A stretch of 63,832 nt of DNA, filler included, from Reclinomonas americana ATCC 50394 (lineage: Eukaryota): NCBI GenBank assembly GCA_048213135.1. It is 6 parts of 3 records of this genome, joined end to end, with 100 filler letters (N's around TTAATTAATTAA, not from the genome) between each part and the next. Parts side by side here need not be neighbours in the genome. Positions count along the whole stretch, not along the records: positions 23,436 to 47,912 come from PS015572.1; positions 48,013 to 53,355 come from PS015572.1; positions 53,456 to 59,050 come from PS015572.1; positions 59,151 to 61,548 come from PS015574.1; 2 more parts are not named here. One strand, written 5' to 3'. Numbering within the stretch: the stretch's first letter is position 1; every line of letters starts with the position of its first letter. The position numbers and the translations under genes were made by a program. Below are positions 47,756-61,486 of this stretch, one piece after another. The notes below the pieces were generated by a model. That model had not been told where the DNA came from. It did no database searches and worked only from the letters and a program-made list of their open reading frames with translations.

Positions 47756-48277
47756 GTTCGAGAGCGTGTGAGATGAGTGAGTGGAGGTGAGTTTGCCGCC
47801 CGCGAGCGCCCTTCTGCATCTGTCACTCTCTGAAACAAGCGACTGAGTGCGCGTTCTCGGTGCCTCTGTCAGAGTAGTCTCGTGAAGAGGGTGCTGAGAG
47901 GGAGAGGAAGCCNNNNNNNNNNNNNNNNNNNNNNNNNNNNNNNNNNNNNNNNNNNNTTAATTAATTAANNNNNNNNNNNNNNNNNNNNNNNNNNNNNNNN
48001 NNNNNNNNNNNNAGGGGGAGGGGGAGGGGGAGGGGAAGGGGGAGGGGGAGAGATAAACAAATGAGACAGGGAGAGGGAGTATGTGAGAGAAAGTGAGAAT
48101 GTGTGCGTGAGTGTTCCGTGTGTTTCTGGGGCTGTGTGTGTATAAATGTGTGTGTGTGTGTGAGTGTGTGTGTTTGTGGAGACATGTGCTTGTGGAATGC
48201 GTGTATGTGTGGATGTGTGTGTCTGTGTGTGGGCACACACCCTGTGCATAGCTCGTGACTTATTCACTCCCTCCCAG

Positions 48278-51200
48278 ATCGGAACGGTGCTGAGTCACAC
48301 GGCATACGGCACCGAGTTCAACGACAAGAGTCCGTGCAAGAGCATGAACCATTTCATTCGCGAAAACTCGGATCGCCTGCAGTCGTTCTTTGAGCAAGTG
48401 GCGCAGGTGGCAGACCTCGAGGAGGTGTACGAGCACTGCAAAGTCGACGATTTGGTGCGTGGCCTTGTTGTCCTCTGTGCGTTGCAACTTGCTACTCACG
48501 GTCGTGCGTAGGCCGAGTATCCGATTCTGCCCGGCTGCATGTCCAACCAGGATCTGTACACGGCGCACCTCATTTTGTGGTCCCACATGGCTGCCCAGGT
48601 GACGTATTGTGTGCCGGCTGGGCATCGCGTGCATGTACTGTTGTGCTGACGAAGAGTACCTTGTGTGTTGCTTGGCAGCCGGAGGACATGGTGTGCGAGC
48701 TGGAGGAGATTCTGCGCGCCATTGGCCAGCCGGACCCTGAGCGGCCACCCACCTCCACCAAGTATTTGCTTGTACACGAAGCACGACCACCATACAAGCC
48801 ACCAATTACTGGTGAGTTGTAGGAAAAGGAAAAAGGGGAGCTACTGATTGTCGCTCACTTATTGTGCAACCAGAGGATCAATTCTGGGGCGCGGTGGACG
48901 GCACACGAGTGGTCAAGACACGACTGCGGCAGCTGGTGTGTTCAATCGACCTGTCCGATTATGTGCACTCGGCGTGTACCCTGATGCGATTCTTGGAACG
49001 CGCCGTCCACGTTGCGTCTCCTTCGTCGCTTGCCGCTGATCGCTTCACATGCTGATAATCGTGCGTGAGTAGCAAGAGCGCTCCAGCGGGTCCTTGATGG
49101 TGGCGGCGTCCATCCGAGAGATTATGGTGGAGCTGGAGAGACTCGGACCCGAGTACTCGGAGAACGACTACGAGGCACTGCTCGCTGAAATCGGCAAGGT
49201 GCGGTGCTGCTGCTGCTGATGGTAGTGGGGTAGCTGAGGAGCTGACTGCGTGGTGCAGGACATGGATGCACGCGCTCACATGCTGCTAGACTTGCGCAAG
49301 ACAAAGGAAAATATTCTGCTGTCGACCGAACTGCTGTCCATGCAGATCAAGGGTTCGTCTCCTTTCCTTTTGTTTGTTGTTGCCCAACCACTCATCCCCC
49401 GTCTGCGTGCAGAACTGTCGACGGAGCGTGAGCGCCTCATTCAATTCCTCGAGGAGCAGCGCATGACGCCGTTCTATGAGAGCATTCAAGGCTTGATCGG
49501 GCAGTTGCGCAGCGTTCGAGCCGCCCCAACTCACCGCGCATGTGTTGTAAGCGTGTACGATCCCCCCTCGCGCAGTTTCCTGGAGGAGCTGCCTGGTTGT
49601 GCATACATTGAGGAGATGAACGACAAGCTGCGCGATTTCGGTGAGCAGCTGCGACTAGAGGTGAAGCGCTTTTATGGCGGCACCCCAGGAAAGGGCATCA
49701 CGGCGCTGGAGATCGACCATGCTGTGCGCTCGGGTCAGAACATGGTTCTGGCTCGCATCCACAACAAGTGCGTGTGTGTGTGTGAGGGAGATAAGTTGGC
49801 GAGGAGAGGCTCACTGCTGGTGATTGGTTACAGTGGCCTCGCCAGTCCCGACGACGGCAAGGACATGAAGATGATGCAAAAGTTGATGGAGCTGTCCTTT
49901 GTCACGCCGCAGTTGCTGGACATTCCGAAGGCCTTCTTGTGCGAGAAGACGTGGGAGCTGGCACGCGATGGTGTGTGTGTTGCAACGTGTTGGAGGCTGC
50001 GTGTGAGAGAGTGATATGTGTCGCTGAATTGTTTTTGTGCAGAGCTCGAAAAGATGAGCAAGTTTACTGGCCCGCAAGACAAGCTTCGCTGTATTGTACA
50101 TTTTACCAGCAGTCTGTTTGGTGAGTGCAGCGGGGGAGGAGGCGCTGTTTACTGTTTGCTGACACTCATTTTCTGGTGCATGCAGAGTTGATGAAGCTGT
50201 CGGGCAGCGTGCACAAGATCATGCCGTCGGCCGACGACTTTATTCCCATTCTCATCTACAATATTATCAAGTGCCGACCGGCGACCCTCTGCTCCGATCT
50301 CTCGTGCGTAGTCAACCTCCTGGTGTCGGCCATTGCCTTGTACTGTTTCGTTTAACTCGTGTGTGTGTGTGAATCAGTGTATCACAGCGCTTCATGCAGC
50401 TGGCCGAGGGTGCCTTGGAGGATGTGGGCGGGGCGGCCGAAGGTGACAGCCTCTTTGCGCTGGCGGATTACTGGTTCCCGCACTTTGAGGCGGCATGCTT
50501 GTACATTGAGAGCACTGATGCGGAGAGCATTCGTGCGGACTCGCGCATCAAACCGACTCCGTCGTCGTCGTCGCAGCCGAGCACGGCCGAGTCGTCGCCG
50601 GCCCAAACGTTGCGCGCACACAACTGCAATGTCGTTTGCTGTTTTTGTGCTTGTCGCCTCTCACGTGTGTCAGTCATGAGGACAGTCCACCGCGCAGTCC
50701 GCGTTCGCGAGCCACCTCTCCTCTCAGTCAGGGATTCACCGTCGCCAGTCGCCACCTTTCCATGATGCCGGTTGATGTTGCGTCTGTTCTCGCTATTCTC
50801 GCGTGCGCCGTCGCGCTCATGGTTGTTTTCTCTTCCTTTTCTTCTTTCCCTTTTCCTGTCTTTGTGCTTCCTCTCTCGGCGCAGCATCACATTCTCCATC
50901 ACTATCACGAGGTGCGCTGTGCTGTTTGTGTCTTCCTCTCTTCTCTTTCACCTTGTCTCGGAAAGTGGTTGCTGACTGTCAACGTGCACGTTACAGGCAC
51001 CAGCCGAGCCCGTGGTGCTCCGGCGGCAGCGATCACGCACCGTGTTCGGACAGAGCTCGTCCACTGGCGGTGGTCCGCCGCTGCTCGGCCAGCACGCGCC
51101 ACTGCACATGTCCAGCTCGGTGCCCATGCCCTCCGGTCACCACTCGATGCTGGAGACCATGCACGCACACCACAGTCCGTCGGGTCGTCGCGGCTCCGTC

Positions 51201-51620
51201 TCCTCGGTCTCCTCTGACTCGCACCCCGTGCCCACCATGCTCATTGAGCAGCACAAGGCCGCATTGGCAGTTGCGTCTCGCCCCCCTTTTTTTGTATCGT
51301 TGTTGTTGTTGTTGTTGATCTAGGTCGTTCAGCAACGAGCAAACTCGCGATCCAACTCCCCGCTTCCCACCGGCCTGCACTCGTCTGCCTCGTCCTCACC
51401 ACCGGCATCGCCCGCACTCCCGGCCTCGGCGCACTCGCCTGGTCCCGCGCCGCACCTGCATCACAGTGCCTTCTCTCCGGCCTCGTCGGCCTCCTTCACG
51501 GCCATTTCTTTCGCCGAAGTAACGCCGGAGACAATTACGGTGGCCGATCTGCCGCGATTGCTGGAGGAGTACAGGCACATGGCGCGTGTGCTGATGGGTA
51601 CTTCGGATATGTCGCTGTAA
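48278..51620 (+). CDS. GAPVD1/RME-6-like Rab5 GEF (RasGAP-like tail + VPS9 domain), 5' part missing
   Basis: MNHFIRENSDRLQSFFEQV (RasGAP C-terminal-like). VPS9 motifs WELARDELEKMSKFTGPQDKLRCI, PSADDFIPILIYNIIKCRP and YWFPHFEAACLYIE. Confidence 0.78.
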
Positions 51621-52069
51621 AAAAATGAAGACTGTATTGTGAGGAAGAAGGAGAGGGTGGAGCGACATGGTTACATCATCGAAAGAGCATGCTGTTCAGG
51701 ATTGGTCATCAAGACAGCTTGCTTGTTTGTTGGTGAATGAATTTGTTGTTGTCATTTGTTTGGAGAAGTCGAATGACGCAGTAACTGTGGTTTTAGCTGG
51801 CGGGAGGAGGAGAAAGAGCTGGGTTTGTTTCCGAAAGCCGCTCTCGATATTCGCAATTATTACATTGCAATCGCCAGTTTTCGGTCTGTACATCTCTTTC
51901 TCACCATGCAACTCCACCATCTAGTGCTTCTACTATCTCCCCACAATCATAGCCGTGCATACGCGATGAAAACCCAGTCGCGGGAAACCAACTCCGCCGT
52001 CGACCGAAATCGACCGCCCACTCCGACCAACGGAACGCACTATCACACTCACTCACACTCAATCGCGAA

Positions 52070-53306
52070 ATGGTGAGTGCCCCGCCGCAAACTGTCGCAG
52101 TCACTGTTCGCTCCCTGCCCCATCTCTCCTGCGTGTCACTCTTTGTAACTCCTGCGCGTGCGTCTGCGTGCGTTTTGTGTGCGCGCGTTGGCGCCATGGA
52201 CATTGCTGCGCGGCGCGCGTGCGTGTGCGTCGTGTTGCAGTTTCTCTCTCGCAAGCGCACACACGCACATCGCCGCATGCAACACACACACACACACGCA
52301 CAGAGATAGTGCACACACAGTCGTCTTTGCATACACGCACACGCATGCACACATGATGAACGAGAGAAGAGAGAGCCAGCTCGCTCACTTTGTGTCACAC
52401 ACACAGGCCTCTCATCGTCGCCCTGCTGCTGGTGCATCCCGCGCACGTGGTCGCGGACGGATGGAGCTCACGGAGGAGCAGAAGCACGAGATCCGCGAGG
52501 TCGCGTCACGATTGCGATTTACCCGCTTGCCTTGAGCAGCCCGTTGAAACTCATCTCTCTGGCGACTCTCTCTCTTTTCTCGTTCTTCTTCTTCTTCACA
52601 GGCATTCGATCTGTTCGACACTGATGGCTCGGGTGCGTTGGGTGTATGTGTGCGTGTGTGCGTGTGTGTTTGAGTGCACGAGTTGCGCGCGCGCCATCTC
52701 GCGTCTCTCTCGTGCTTGCCATGTCCCGTCTTGTTTCTCTCGCAAATGCACATGCGCGCGCCGTCTCTCCTTCTCGCTCTCTCTTCACTTGTTGCATTGT
52801 GTGGTGTTGTACGTGTATGTCTTGCGCGCGTGTGTGTGTGGGCGGTGGCGAAGGTGCAACATGTCCTGACTCCTTTGTTGTTTGTGTGTTGCAGGTCAAA
52901 TCGACGCCAAGGAGTTGAAGGTGGCCATGCGAGCACTGGGCTTCGAGCCATCAAAGGAGGAGATCAAGAAGATGATGTCAGATGCCGACAAGGACGGCAA
53001 CCAACAGATCGACTTCCAGGAGTTCCTCGAGGTGTGCATGTTTGCCAGCTCACGACTCAACGTGCACAGAGGCTCACCTGTGCTGCCCCTGTGTGCATGA
53101 TAGATGATGACGGCGAAGATGTCGGAGAAGGACTCGCGGGAGGAGCTGCTGAAGGCGTTCCGCTTGTTTGACGACGGTCTGTTTCTGCTGTTTGCGCAGC
53201 TGTCTCTTTGTGTGCCTGTGCTCACTCGTCGCTGCAGACGACACGGGCAAGATCTCACTGAAGAACCTGCGCCGAGTGGCCAAGGAGTTGGGCGAGAACA
53301 TGACTG
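52070..53306 (+). CDS. CETN: Centrin (3' end lost in gap)
   Basis: [85 protein letters not shown]. The first exon is ATG only. Confidence 0.95.
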
Positions 53307-53753
53307 GTTTGTCGTCAAACTTGTCATGTTTTGCATGGCAGTGTACACAACTCATNNNNNNNNNNNNNNNNNNNNNNNNNNNNNNNNNNNNNNNNNNNNT
53401 TAATTAATTAANNNNNNNNNNNNNNNNNNNNNNNNNNNNNNNNNNNNNNNNNNNNTGTAGTGTGTCTGTTGTTGCTTTTTGCGTGTCGCGCGGGAGGGAA
53501 GAGAGTGTGTGTGATGCGTCGATACCGGTCACGCATTTTTTCCTTTTCTTCCACCCATCGATGACCATCTTTATAAAGGCGACGGGGCGTTGATCTTGTG
53601 CATGCTCTCCGCAATCAATCAACATTAGGCAGGCACCGTCCCACGTCAGCTGCACGTAGCGAGCGAGCGCATCGCCGAGGAATCCACCGCTCAACTCCGA
53701 GAATCCGGCTGTCTTACGATATTTTTTGTGCCCTTGTGCGCGTGCATATACTC

Positions 53754-55451
53754 ATGCTTGGCGGCATTCTCAAGACGCTCGGCGTTTTCCGCCCACCCGG
53801 CGTGCCACTCTACAAGAGTACGTACCTCTCTGTGTGTGTGTATGCGTAAACTCCACGGGGCCACGGTTTCTTTTCGTGGTTTCTCTCTCTCTCCCTCGTC
53901 ACTCGCACACTCATGACGACATCAAGCGGGAAAAAAGACACGATGCGAAACTCTCTCCCCTCTCTTTCCACTCCTCCACATCTCCCTCGCTCTCCTCTCC
54001 CACACACGCGTGTGTGTGCGTGTGTGGGCGCGCCCGCGTCAACATTTCCCCCAACATCGGGTCATGTTGATCACACCAACACGCACGCACGCACTCGCGC
54101 CTCCTGCCCCCGCCCTCCGCGCATCTTTTTCCACTCTCTGCGCCTCACAATAGCTCCCCCCTCTCTCCACCCACTGCCACGCACCGCGCGTCACGCCCGA
54201 CAATGCGACTCACGGTTATAACTGCCTCTTCCCCCGCGCAGTCATGTTGTACTACTTCATGTTCTTCCTGACGATGCTCGGCCTGCACAAGCTGCTGCCG
54301 GTGATCACGACGCTGAAGCACCGCGTGACCAACTGGATGGCCAAGGACATGCCGGCGACGCAGGCCAAGGGCCCGACGCTGGTGGAGCTGCCGACGATCC
54401 AGGCCTCGCAGCTGGACGTCGAGTCGTTCCAGGCCAAGTACCTTCGCACCAACACCCCCGTCGTCATCCGTGGCCTCGGCCGCGAGCAGGGCTGGACGGC
54501 GGTCGGCAAGTGGAACTTTGAGTTCTTCCGCCGCAACTACCCCGACCTGGAGCTGGCCGTCTTCAAGGACCACTCGAAGAAGGACCTCACCTTTATCAAG
54601 TGCAAGGAGTTCATCGACAAGGTCAAGGCCGGCGAGCGCGTCTACGGCCGCGGCCTCGACGAGTTCTTTGTGCACGATCCGGCCCTTCTGCAGGAGGTCA
54701 ACTACCCCCTGGTGCAGAAGCTGCGCGGCGCCGATCACAACATTGGCAAGATGGGCTCGGGCCAGTACGAGGGCCTCCTCTTCATGAGCGCCCAGAACAC
54801 CTACACCCAGATCCACTCGGATGTCGGCACCAACTTCAACATGCAGATCGAGGGCACCAAGGAGTGGCACATTTACCCGCCGGACCAGCTGCCGTACTTT
54901 TACGCCGAGCCCTGCAGCACCAACCTGTTCTACCGCAGCGCCATTCGTTGCGTGCACTGGCAAAGTGGGGTGTGTGTGTGTGTGTGTTTTGTCAGCGACT
55001 GACAAGCACTTTGGATGATAACAGAGGACCCGACCAACCCCGACATCAAGACGTTCCCGATGTTCAAGTACGCCTCGGGCTACAAGGTTTTGTGCATGCC
55101 AAAGAGAGAGAGAGAGAGATTGTGAGCCTACTCATGCTCACTTGCTCTTTGTGTTTGACACAGGTGGAGCTGCAGCCGGGTGATGCGCTGTTCATCCCGC
55201 CGATGTGGTGGCACGGCGTGAAGAACCGCACCGACGCCATTGGTTGCGCGCTGGACGGTTTCGTGAACCTGGGACTGACGCTGAAGAGCAACCCGTTCCT
55301 CTCACTGGGCACGCTGCTGAACCCGCTCAACGTGCGCGGCGCCTTCAACCTCATCACCAAGTTCGACTTTATGTTGCGTACCAAAGCATTTGCGATGCAT
55401 GATTTTTTGGACATCACACTCATTGCATCGCACGCGCACAGTGGCAAGTAA
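53754..55451 (+). CDS. JmjC / cupin-8 Fe(II)-2-oxoglutarate oxygenase
   Basis: KYLRTNTPVVIRG, AVGKWNFEFF, TYTQIHSD, QIEGTKEWHIYPP, LQPGDALFIPPMWWHGVKN (HxD...H triad). Confidence 0.88.
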
Positions 55452-55631
55452 GGTGGTCGACCCCACCGTGTGCTTCGCGAGAGCAGAGCAGTGCTTGTTA
55501 GTGTGTGTGTGTGTGATTAAATGAACGATGAGAGGGAAAGAGCCGCATAATCGGAGGAACGAGTGATCATGATCGTTCGCGAGCCCGCCGTCAAAGATCT
55601 TCCATTGTTTTTTCCAATCGTTTGAAGAGCA

Positions 55632-56858
55632 ATGAAGGCGGTGTTGTTTGTGGTGCTTGCGCTGGTGGTGGTGGCGGCTGTGCATGCTGCGGACCCGCCG
55701 CGCCCCAAGATGTTGCGTCTCTCTTCCTGCATCTATTTCTCCGCACACAAATGTTCTCACACACTCTCTCTCTCTTGTGTGTGTGTGCGTGTGCAGTCCG
55801 GAGACCTTCTCCTCCCTCATCCACGTCGACGTGGCTCGCCCCGGCCGCCAGGTCGTGCGCGCGACGGTGAGCAAGCACGCGTTTGTTATTCTCCGCGTCA
55901 TGGCGGTCACATTTCGCACCGACCCCCACCTGTCCCCCCTTTCTTTCCTCCCTCCTCACTCTCTCTGCTGCTGCTGCTGCTGCTGCTCTGCTTTCTCACC
56001 AGTGTGCATGTGCAATAGGGTGTGTGGAACCAGGACCAGCCCAAGGGCCTCGGCCGCCAATTGTGGCAGTTCCAGGTGCAGCCCAACGTGGAGCGCGACG
56101 TGGAGATCATTGAGCGCTTTGACCTGCACCGCGTCTACGTTGCGTCACTCCACGCACACACACAACGCGCGCGCGTGGTATCGCGACTCACATTATTGTT
56201 GTTGTATTGTTCCGCATGTGCAGTCGTGGTTCCCTCGGTGAGTACTCTTGTCGGCACACACGCTCGCTTGATTGTTGTTGTTGGTGCTTACCGCCTGTGT
56301 GTGTGCGTGCGCGCGCAGCGAGCAAGACTGCAACGTGAAGGACATTGTCGGCCTCATGCCGCGCACTTTTGGCTTTGTCGACTACGCCGGCTACATTGTT
56401 GCGTTTCCTGTCGCCCTGCCTCCTCCTCCTCGTTGCGTGTTGTTGTAACACGTGTGTGTGTGTGCATACAGGGCCAGCGCAAGTTCCCCGACGGCACGGT
56501 GTGCGACCTGTGGGTGGAGGAGGAGGCCGGCCGCAAGCTGACTCTGTGCGTCGACGACTCGAACCCGAACGTCCCGGTCGCCCTCACTGTCCAGCGCCAC
56601 GACTCCGACTTTGACGTCATCACCTTCCGCACCTTCCACGCCGAGGCGCCGCCGAGCAACGACTTTGACGTGCCGCAGGGCGTTGCGTTTTTCATTGCAG
56701 TTTTTCTCTCTCTTTTCTGAGAGTTTCTCTGACACGCCCTTTCCTTTGCACAACAGTGCCAGACGAGCAACTCGTTCGACTCTGCTCCTCACCACAACCA
56801 CCACCACCGCCGCAGCCGCAACGGTTTCCTCAAGACCACCATCACCCGCCAGCAGTAA
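55632..56858 (+). CDS. Secreted/lysosomal ependymin-related (EPDR-like) protein
   Basis: Signal peptide MKAVLFVVLALVVVAAVHA, then PPRPKIPETFS, IIERFDLHRVY, CDLW, PVAL, FRTF..PPSNDFDVPQGC. Confidence 0.6.
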
Positions 56859-58164
56859 GCGGTCTCGAGAGACGTCTTTTCCCCGGTTTTTCTTCACAGA
56901 CTTTTTTCCCCCCTTTTTCCTGTGAACCCTTGTTCTGCGCCGCAATGTGTTCTTTTCTTTTTCGTCTCACTGTTTCTCTTTGAGATGGGGATGACGTGAG
57001 TGAAGAATGCATAATGGTGTGTGACGTCGAAGAATCCGGCTTGATCCTGTCCTGCATCGACCGATCCACACGCGCTCGCGGAGCTGTTACGTCTCCCGCA
57101 CACACAGCCACACTCGCACTCTCCCATTCCTGCCCCCAAGCAAGAGGGGAATCTCCGCGCTTGCACTATCCTCCCTCTGCGCATTCAGCTGTTGCTGTGC
57201 ATGTCATGTGCATGCCCACTCTCCCCCGTCTCCCCCCCTTTCACACACCAGCCAATCGCCCTTTCCCTCCTTCCCCTCTCCGCTACCTCCTACACAAACT
57301 CCGACGACGATTATGAGACTGACTCTCTTCACACACGCACACGCAGAGTTTGTTCAGTTTNNNNNNNNNNNNNNNNNNNNNNNNNNNNNNNNNNNNNNNN
57401 NNNNNNNNNNNNNNNNNNNNNNNNNNNNNNNNNNNNNNNNNNNNNNNNNNNNNNNNNNNNNNNNNNNNNNNNNNNNNNNNNNNNNNNNNNNNNNNNNNNN
57501 NNNNNNNNNNNNNNNNNNNNNNNNNNNNNNNNNNNNNNNNNNNNNNNNNNNNNNNNNNNNNNNNNNNNNNNNNNNNNNNNNNNNNNNNNNNNNNNNNNNN
57601 NNNNNNNNNNNNNNNNNNNNNNNNNNNNNNNNNNNNNNNNNNNNNNNNNNNNNNNNNNNNNNNNNNNNNNNNNNNNNNNNNNNNNNNNNNNNNNNNNNNN
57701 NNNNNNNNNNNNNNNNNNNNNNNNNNNNNNNNNNNNNNNNNNNNNNNNNNNNNNNNNNNNNNNNNNNNNNNNNNNNNNNNNNNNNNNNNNNNNNNNNNNN
57801 NNNNNNNNNNNNNNNNNNNNNNNNNNNNNNNNNNNNNNNNNNNNNNNNNNNNNNNNNNNNNNNNNNNNNNNNNNNNNNNNNNNNNNNNNNNNNNNNNNNN
57901 NNNNNNNNNNNNNNNNNNNNNNNNNNNNNNNNNNNNNNNNNNNNNNNNNNNNNNNNNNNNNNNNNNNNNNNNNNNNNNNNNNNNNNNNNNNNNNNNNNNN
58001 NNNNNNNNNNNNNNNNNNNNNNNNNNNNNNNNNNNNNNNNNNNNNNNNNNNNNNNNNNNNNNNNNNNNNNNNNNNNNNNNNNNNNNNNNNNNNNNNNNNN
58101 NNAAAACACAACAGTCGTGGGAGAAATCAAGTCAAGGGGTGAACTGGGTGCGGGGGGGCAGCCT

Positions 58165-59020
58165 CTATTCGGTCGCCATTTCGGCGCTACCACCACCGCC
58201 ATTGCCGCCGCCAGCAGAGCCAGCGTCGCCACCAGCGTAGGACGGGGAGCGGCCCATCATGGCCTGCCGCCGCATTTCATCTTGCATGCGCAACATTTCT
58301 TGCTGCTCCCCGCCAACCAAAACGACCGTGAGCACCACGCTCCCGTCTCACGTCTCATACACGTAGCGCGTGTTGACAAACCTTTTGCATCTCCTCGCCC
58401 ATACGAATCTTCTCGCCCATCCATCTGCTCACCAAGATACCAACGCCCTCAATCAGCGCCAGCAGAATGCCGCCAACGGCAGCGGACTGAAGCATTGCTT
58501 TCGTGCCACCTGTCGCCAAAACACCACCACGGACGAGTGAGCTCCAACAACGTCCATCAAACGACGACGACGACAACAACGCACCGCGCATGGCCAAAAT
58601 GCCACCCGTGATGGCTCCACTGGCAATCGCATTCCACGGATCCTCCTTCCCACGCAAGTAGGCCAGCGAGCAATCGCACGCCGAGAACAAGCCACCCCAC
58701 ACGGCAAAGTTGCCTAACCACTGAGTGTGAGAGGGAATCAATGGAAAGCAAAAAGAAGAAGAACCGACCTCCGAGCACAGGCGCTCGCATCTTGACGGCC
58801 GTCAAGCTGCCCCACAGACGCTCTCCCTTTGGTGAGTCCTTGGCGCCGCGAATGGAGTGCCAGATGGCTGATTGACAAACATGAGCATCTCTGTCTCTGT
58901 GTGTTCTCTCTTAAAAAAAAAAGAGTCAAACTGACCTCCGCCAACGCAGCCCATCGCAAAGGCACCACCAATGTCATCGAGGATGCGTTGTGGGCATGGT
59001 TGTCTCAACTCGTACGCCAT
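58165..59020 (-). CDS. TIM17: Mitochondrial inner-membrane translocase Tim17
   Basis: [87 protein letters not shown]. Confidence 0.96.
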
Positions 59021-59199
59021 GCTGCTGCTGCTTGGGGAGAGACGGTCGTCNNNNNNNNNNNNNNNNNNNNNNNNNNNNNNNNNNNNNNNNNNNNTTAATT
59101 AATTAANNNNNNNNNNNNNNNNNNNNNNNNNNNNNNNNNNNNNNNNNNNNTTTGTTCTCTCCATATATTCCCCTTGTGCTCACTCTCTCGCCCGTGCAG

Positions 59200-59508
59200 C
59201 TTCGGCTACTTGACCAAGACGCGCATCAAGCTGGTGGCCATTATGCGCGACGCCATGTACTCGGAGGCACACATTCAGGAGGTTCTTGAGTGACAATTTC
59301 TCTTGCTTATGCGCAGGTGGATCACTGACGTTTTGCGCAGTTCTTTGAGCGGTTGCACGTATGTGTCATGGACGCCGTCTCCAATCCGTTCTACGTGGAG
59401 GGCGAACGCATCACATCACGGCGATTCCGGGAGCACTTGCTGGTGCTGATTAGCAAGATGACGGACACGTTGCGGCACACGAATAGCGCCAGTGGCGGCG
59501 GAACATGA
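59200..59508 (+). CDS. TRAPPC2L: Sedlin-family TRAPP subunit (TRAPPC2L-like), 3' part
   Basis: FGYLTKTRIKLV..FFERLHVCVMDAVSNPFYVEGERITSRRF. Confidence 0.8.
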
Positions 59509-60051
59509 CATACGCAGGAGAGAGAAAAATTGTGGCACAGTGAACACGCAAATGAGAGCAGCCCACGAGGAGTCAAGCTGCATTCCGAAAGCGTCGTCAC
59601 CCGATCGAAGTTGAGCTGCATGCACAGCTGCAACTGATCGGAATCCGTCCTTCTCCTGTCGCATTCACCGTCACCACCTACGGCATTATTCGCGCTAAAT
59701 GAGCTTTGCCGCCGCCGCCGCCACCATATGCTCGACATCGGGAGAATTCTGCAAGCCGGGTGCACCATCATGTCCAATTGCATGTTCGGGTACACACAGT
59801 ATACCTCTTTGCAGCGAGACAGACGAAAGAACCCGCTTGCAGGCTTGCACAGACCCATTTGCGAAGTAGCAGTAGGAGGTCTGAGAGAAGGCGGGAGCGC
59901 CACCGACAAACCGCAACTTTGGGTTGTCGGACAAAAGTTGAGTTGAAGCGGCGAGCAACGAGCACGCGTCGTAGGCACCGTTGTGTGAGAAGAGTGTGAG
60001 TGAGTGAGTGGCGTGTGTGTACGCGAGTGAGCGAGAGTGGCAGGCGCAAGG

Positions 60052-61486
60052 ATGACGGATCAAGCGGCGCCGATGGTGCCACAAGACGATGGCTTTGACA
60101 TCCAACGGTTTATTTTGCTGCACTCACACAACACTCACCTCTCACAATCTCACATTCCCACCTCGCGCGCGCGTGTTTGTGTCTTTGTTGCGTAGTCAAT
60201 TCGTGCTGGCACTGCACTCGTTTGAGCAACAGGTGTGTGTGTGTGTCTGTGTGTAACCGCACTTGAACAAAAAATACGTTAGTGTGCTCACACATTGTTT
60301 GTGTTGCGCTCTCTCCTCTACAGCAAGCCATGCAGTTGTCGATGAATGCCGGCGAGGTCATTGAGGTGGTGGCCACTGACGAGTCGGGCTGGTGGTGCGT
60401 TGCTTTTTTGCTTTTTGTTTGCGTGTAACGAAATGGACATCAGCACGCGCGCACTCTCTCTCTCTCTCTCTTCCTCTCTTCCTCTGTCTCTTCTCTCCTT
60501 GTGTTGTGTCTGTCTGTGTGTGGCGAGAGGGGTACATCATGATGCTGACAGTTGTGCGTCAAAAGGTATGGACAAAACCTGCGTGGCGAGGAGGGCTACT
60601 TCCCCTCCAACTTTGTGGCGCCCATCTCGCTCAATGAGGAGGGCCCCAGTGGCATGGTTGCGTCTGGGAGAGGAGCGGAGTCAACGAGACACACAGCGCA
60701 AAAGATGACTGACGTGCGTGTGCGTGTCTCTGTCTGTGTGTGTAGAATGGGTCCACGGCTGGCATGGATGAGTTGGCACACGCACTGGCTCGTGTGAAGC
60801 ACGTGAACCGTGTGCTGGTCTACAACATGGAGAAGCGTGGCATCTCTCTTATGAGCTTGGAGACCGATCCGCCAAGTGTACGGGGAGACTCTGATCCAGG
60901 TGAGGACAACAACTCTATTCTCCCTCCTCTCTCTCCTCTCTCTCTCTCTCTGCGTGTGTGTGTATGCGTGGTTGTCGTTGGCCACCACAAGTCATTGCTG
61001 CTCACACGCTTTCCTTTCGACAGTCGCGCTGGATGACGATGTGATGCGGCATTGCCAGCAGATCCTCGACTCGCTCAAGCCGCATGTTGGCTTTGTGGCG
61101 GCGGATACGGAGGGCATGGCGCGCAAGGACGCGGAGATTCGCCGTCTCCAGGAGCAGTTGGCACGAGCGTTGCGTCCATAACCGCCTTGACGAGTGTGAA
61201 TTGCGCTGATCCTCACTCACCCTCGTGCGCAGTGAGTCACGACCAACCACGGACCCGCGCCAGACGGCCGAGCTGGAGGAGATGAAGCGAGAAAAGGCCG
61301 ACATGGAGGAGATGTTGCAGGAGTCGGAGGCGGAGAAGGAGAAGCTCAAGAAGCAGCTGGCGCAGTCACGCGATCGCTTCAAGTCACTGAAGGGCGGCAT
61401 TGGACAGTTGGCGGCCGTCAACGACAAGATCAAGCGCGTGAAGAAGGACATGGATGAGCTGAAGGCCGCCGTTCAGAGAACAAATG
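60052..61486 (+). CDS. SH3 domain + coiled-coil protein (3' end lost in gap)
   Basis: Spliced FVLALHSFEQQQAMQLSMNAGEVIEVVATDESGWWYGQNLRGEEGYFPSNFVAP, followed by EK-rich coiled-coil exons. Confidence 0.8.

Noticed and set aside
17527..58611. Long ORFs in the supplied track that run through X stretches, and many overlapping Arg/Cys/His-rich ORFs
   Set aside because: These are artefacts of N gaps, high GC and intronic microsatellites. Real coding sequence is split into short exons.
15026..59508. Functional cluster of endolysosomal trafficking genes (Rab7, Rab32, GAPVD1-like, TRAPPC2L, EPDR-like)
   Set aside because: The genes are interspersed with unrelated ones and separated by artificial linkers, so there is no evidence beyond chance.
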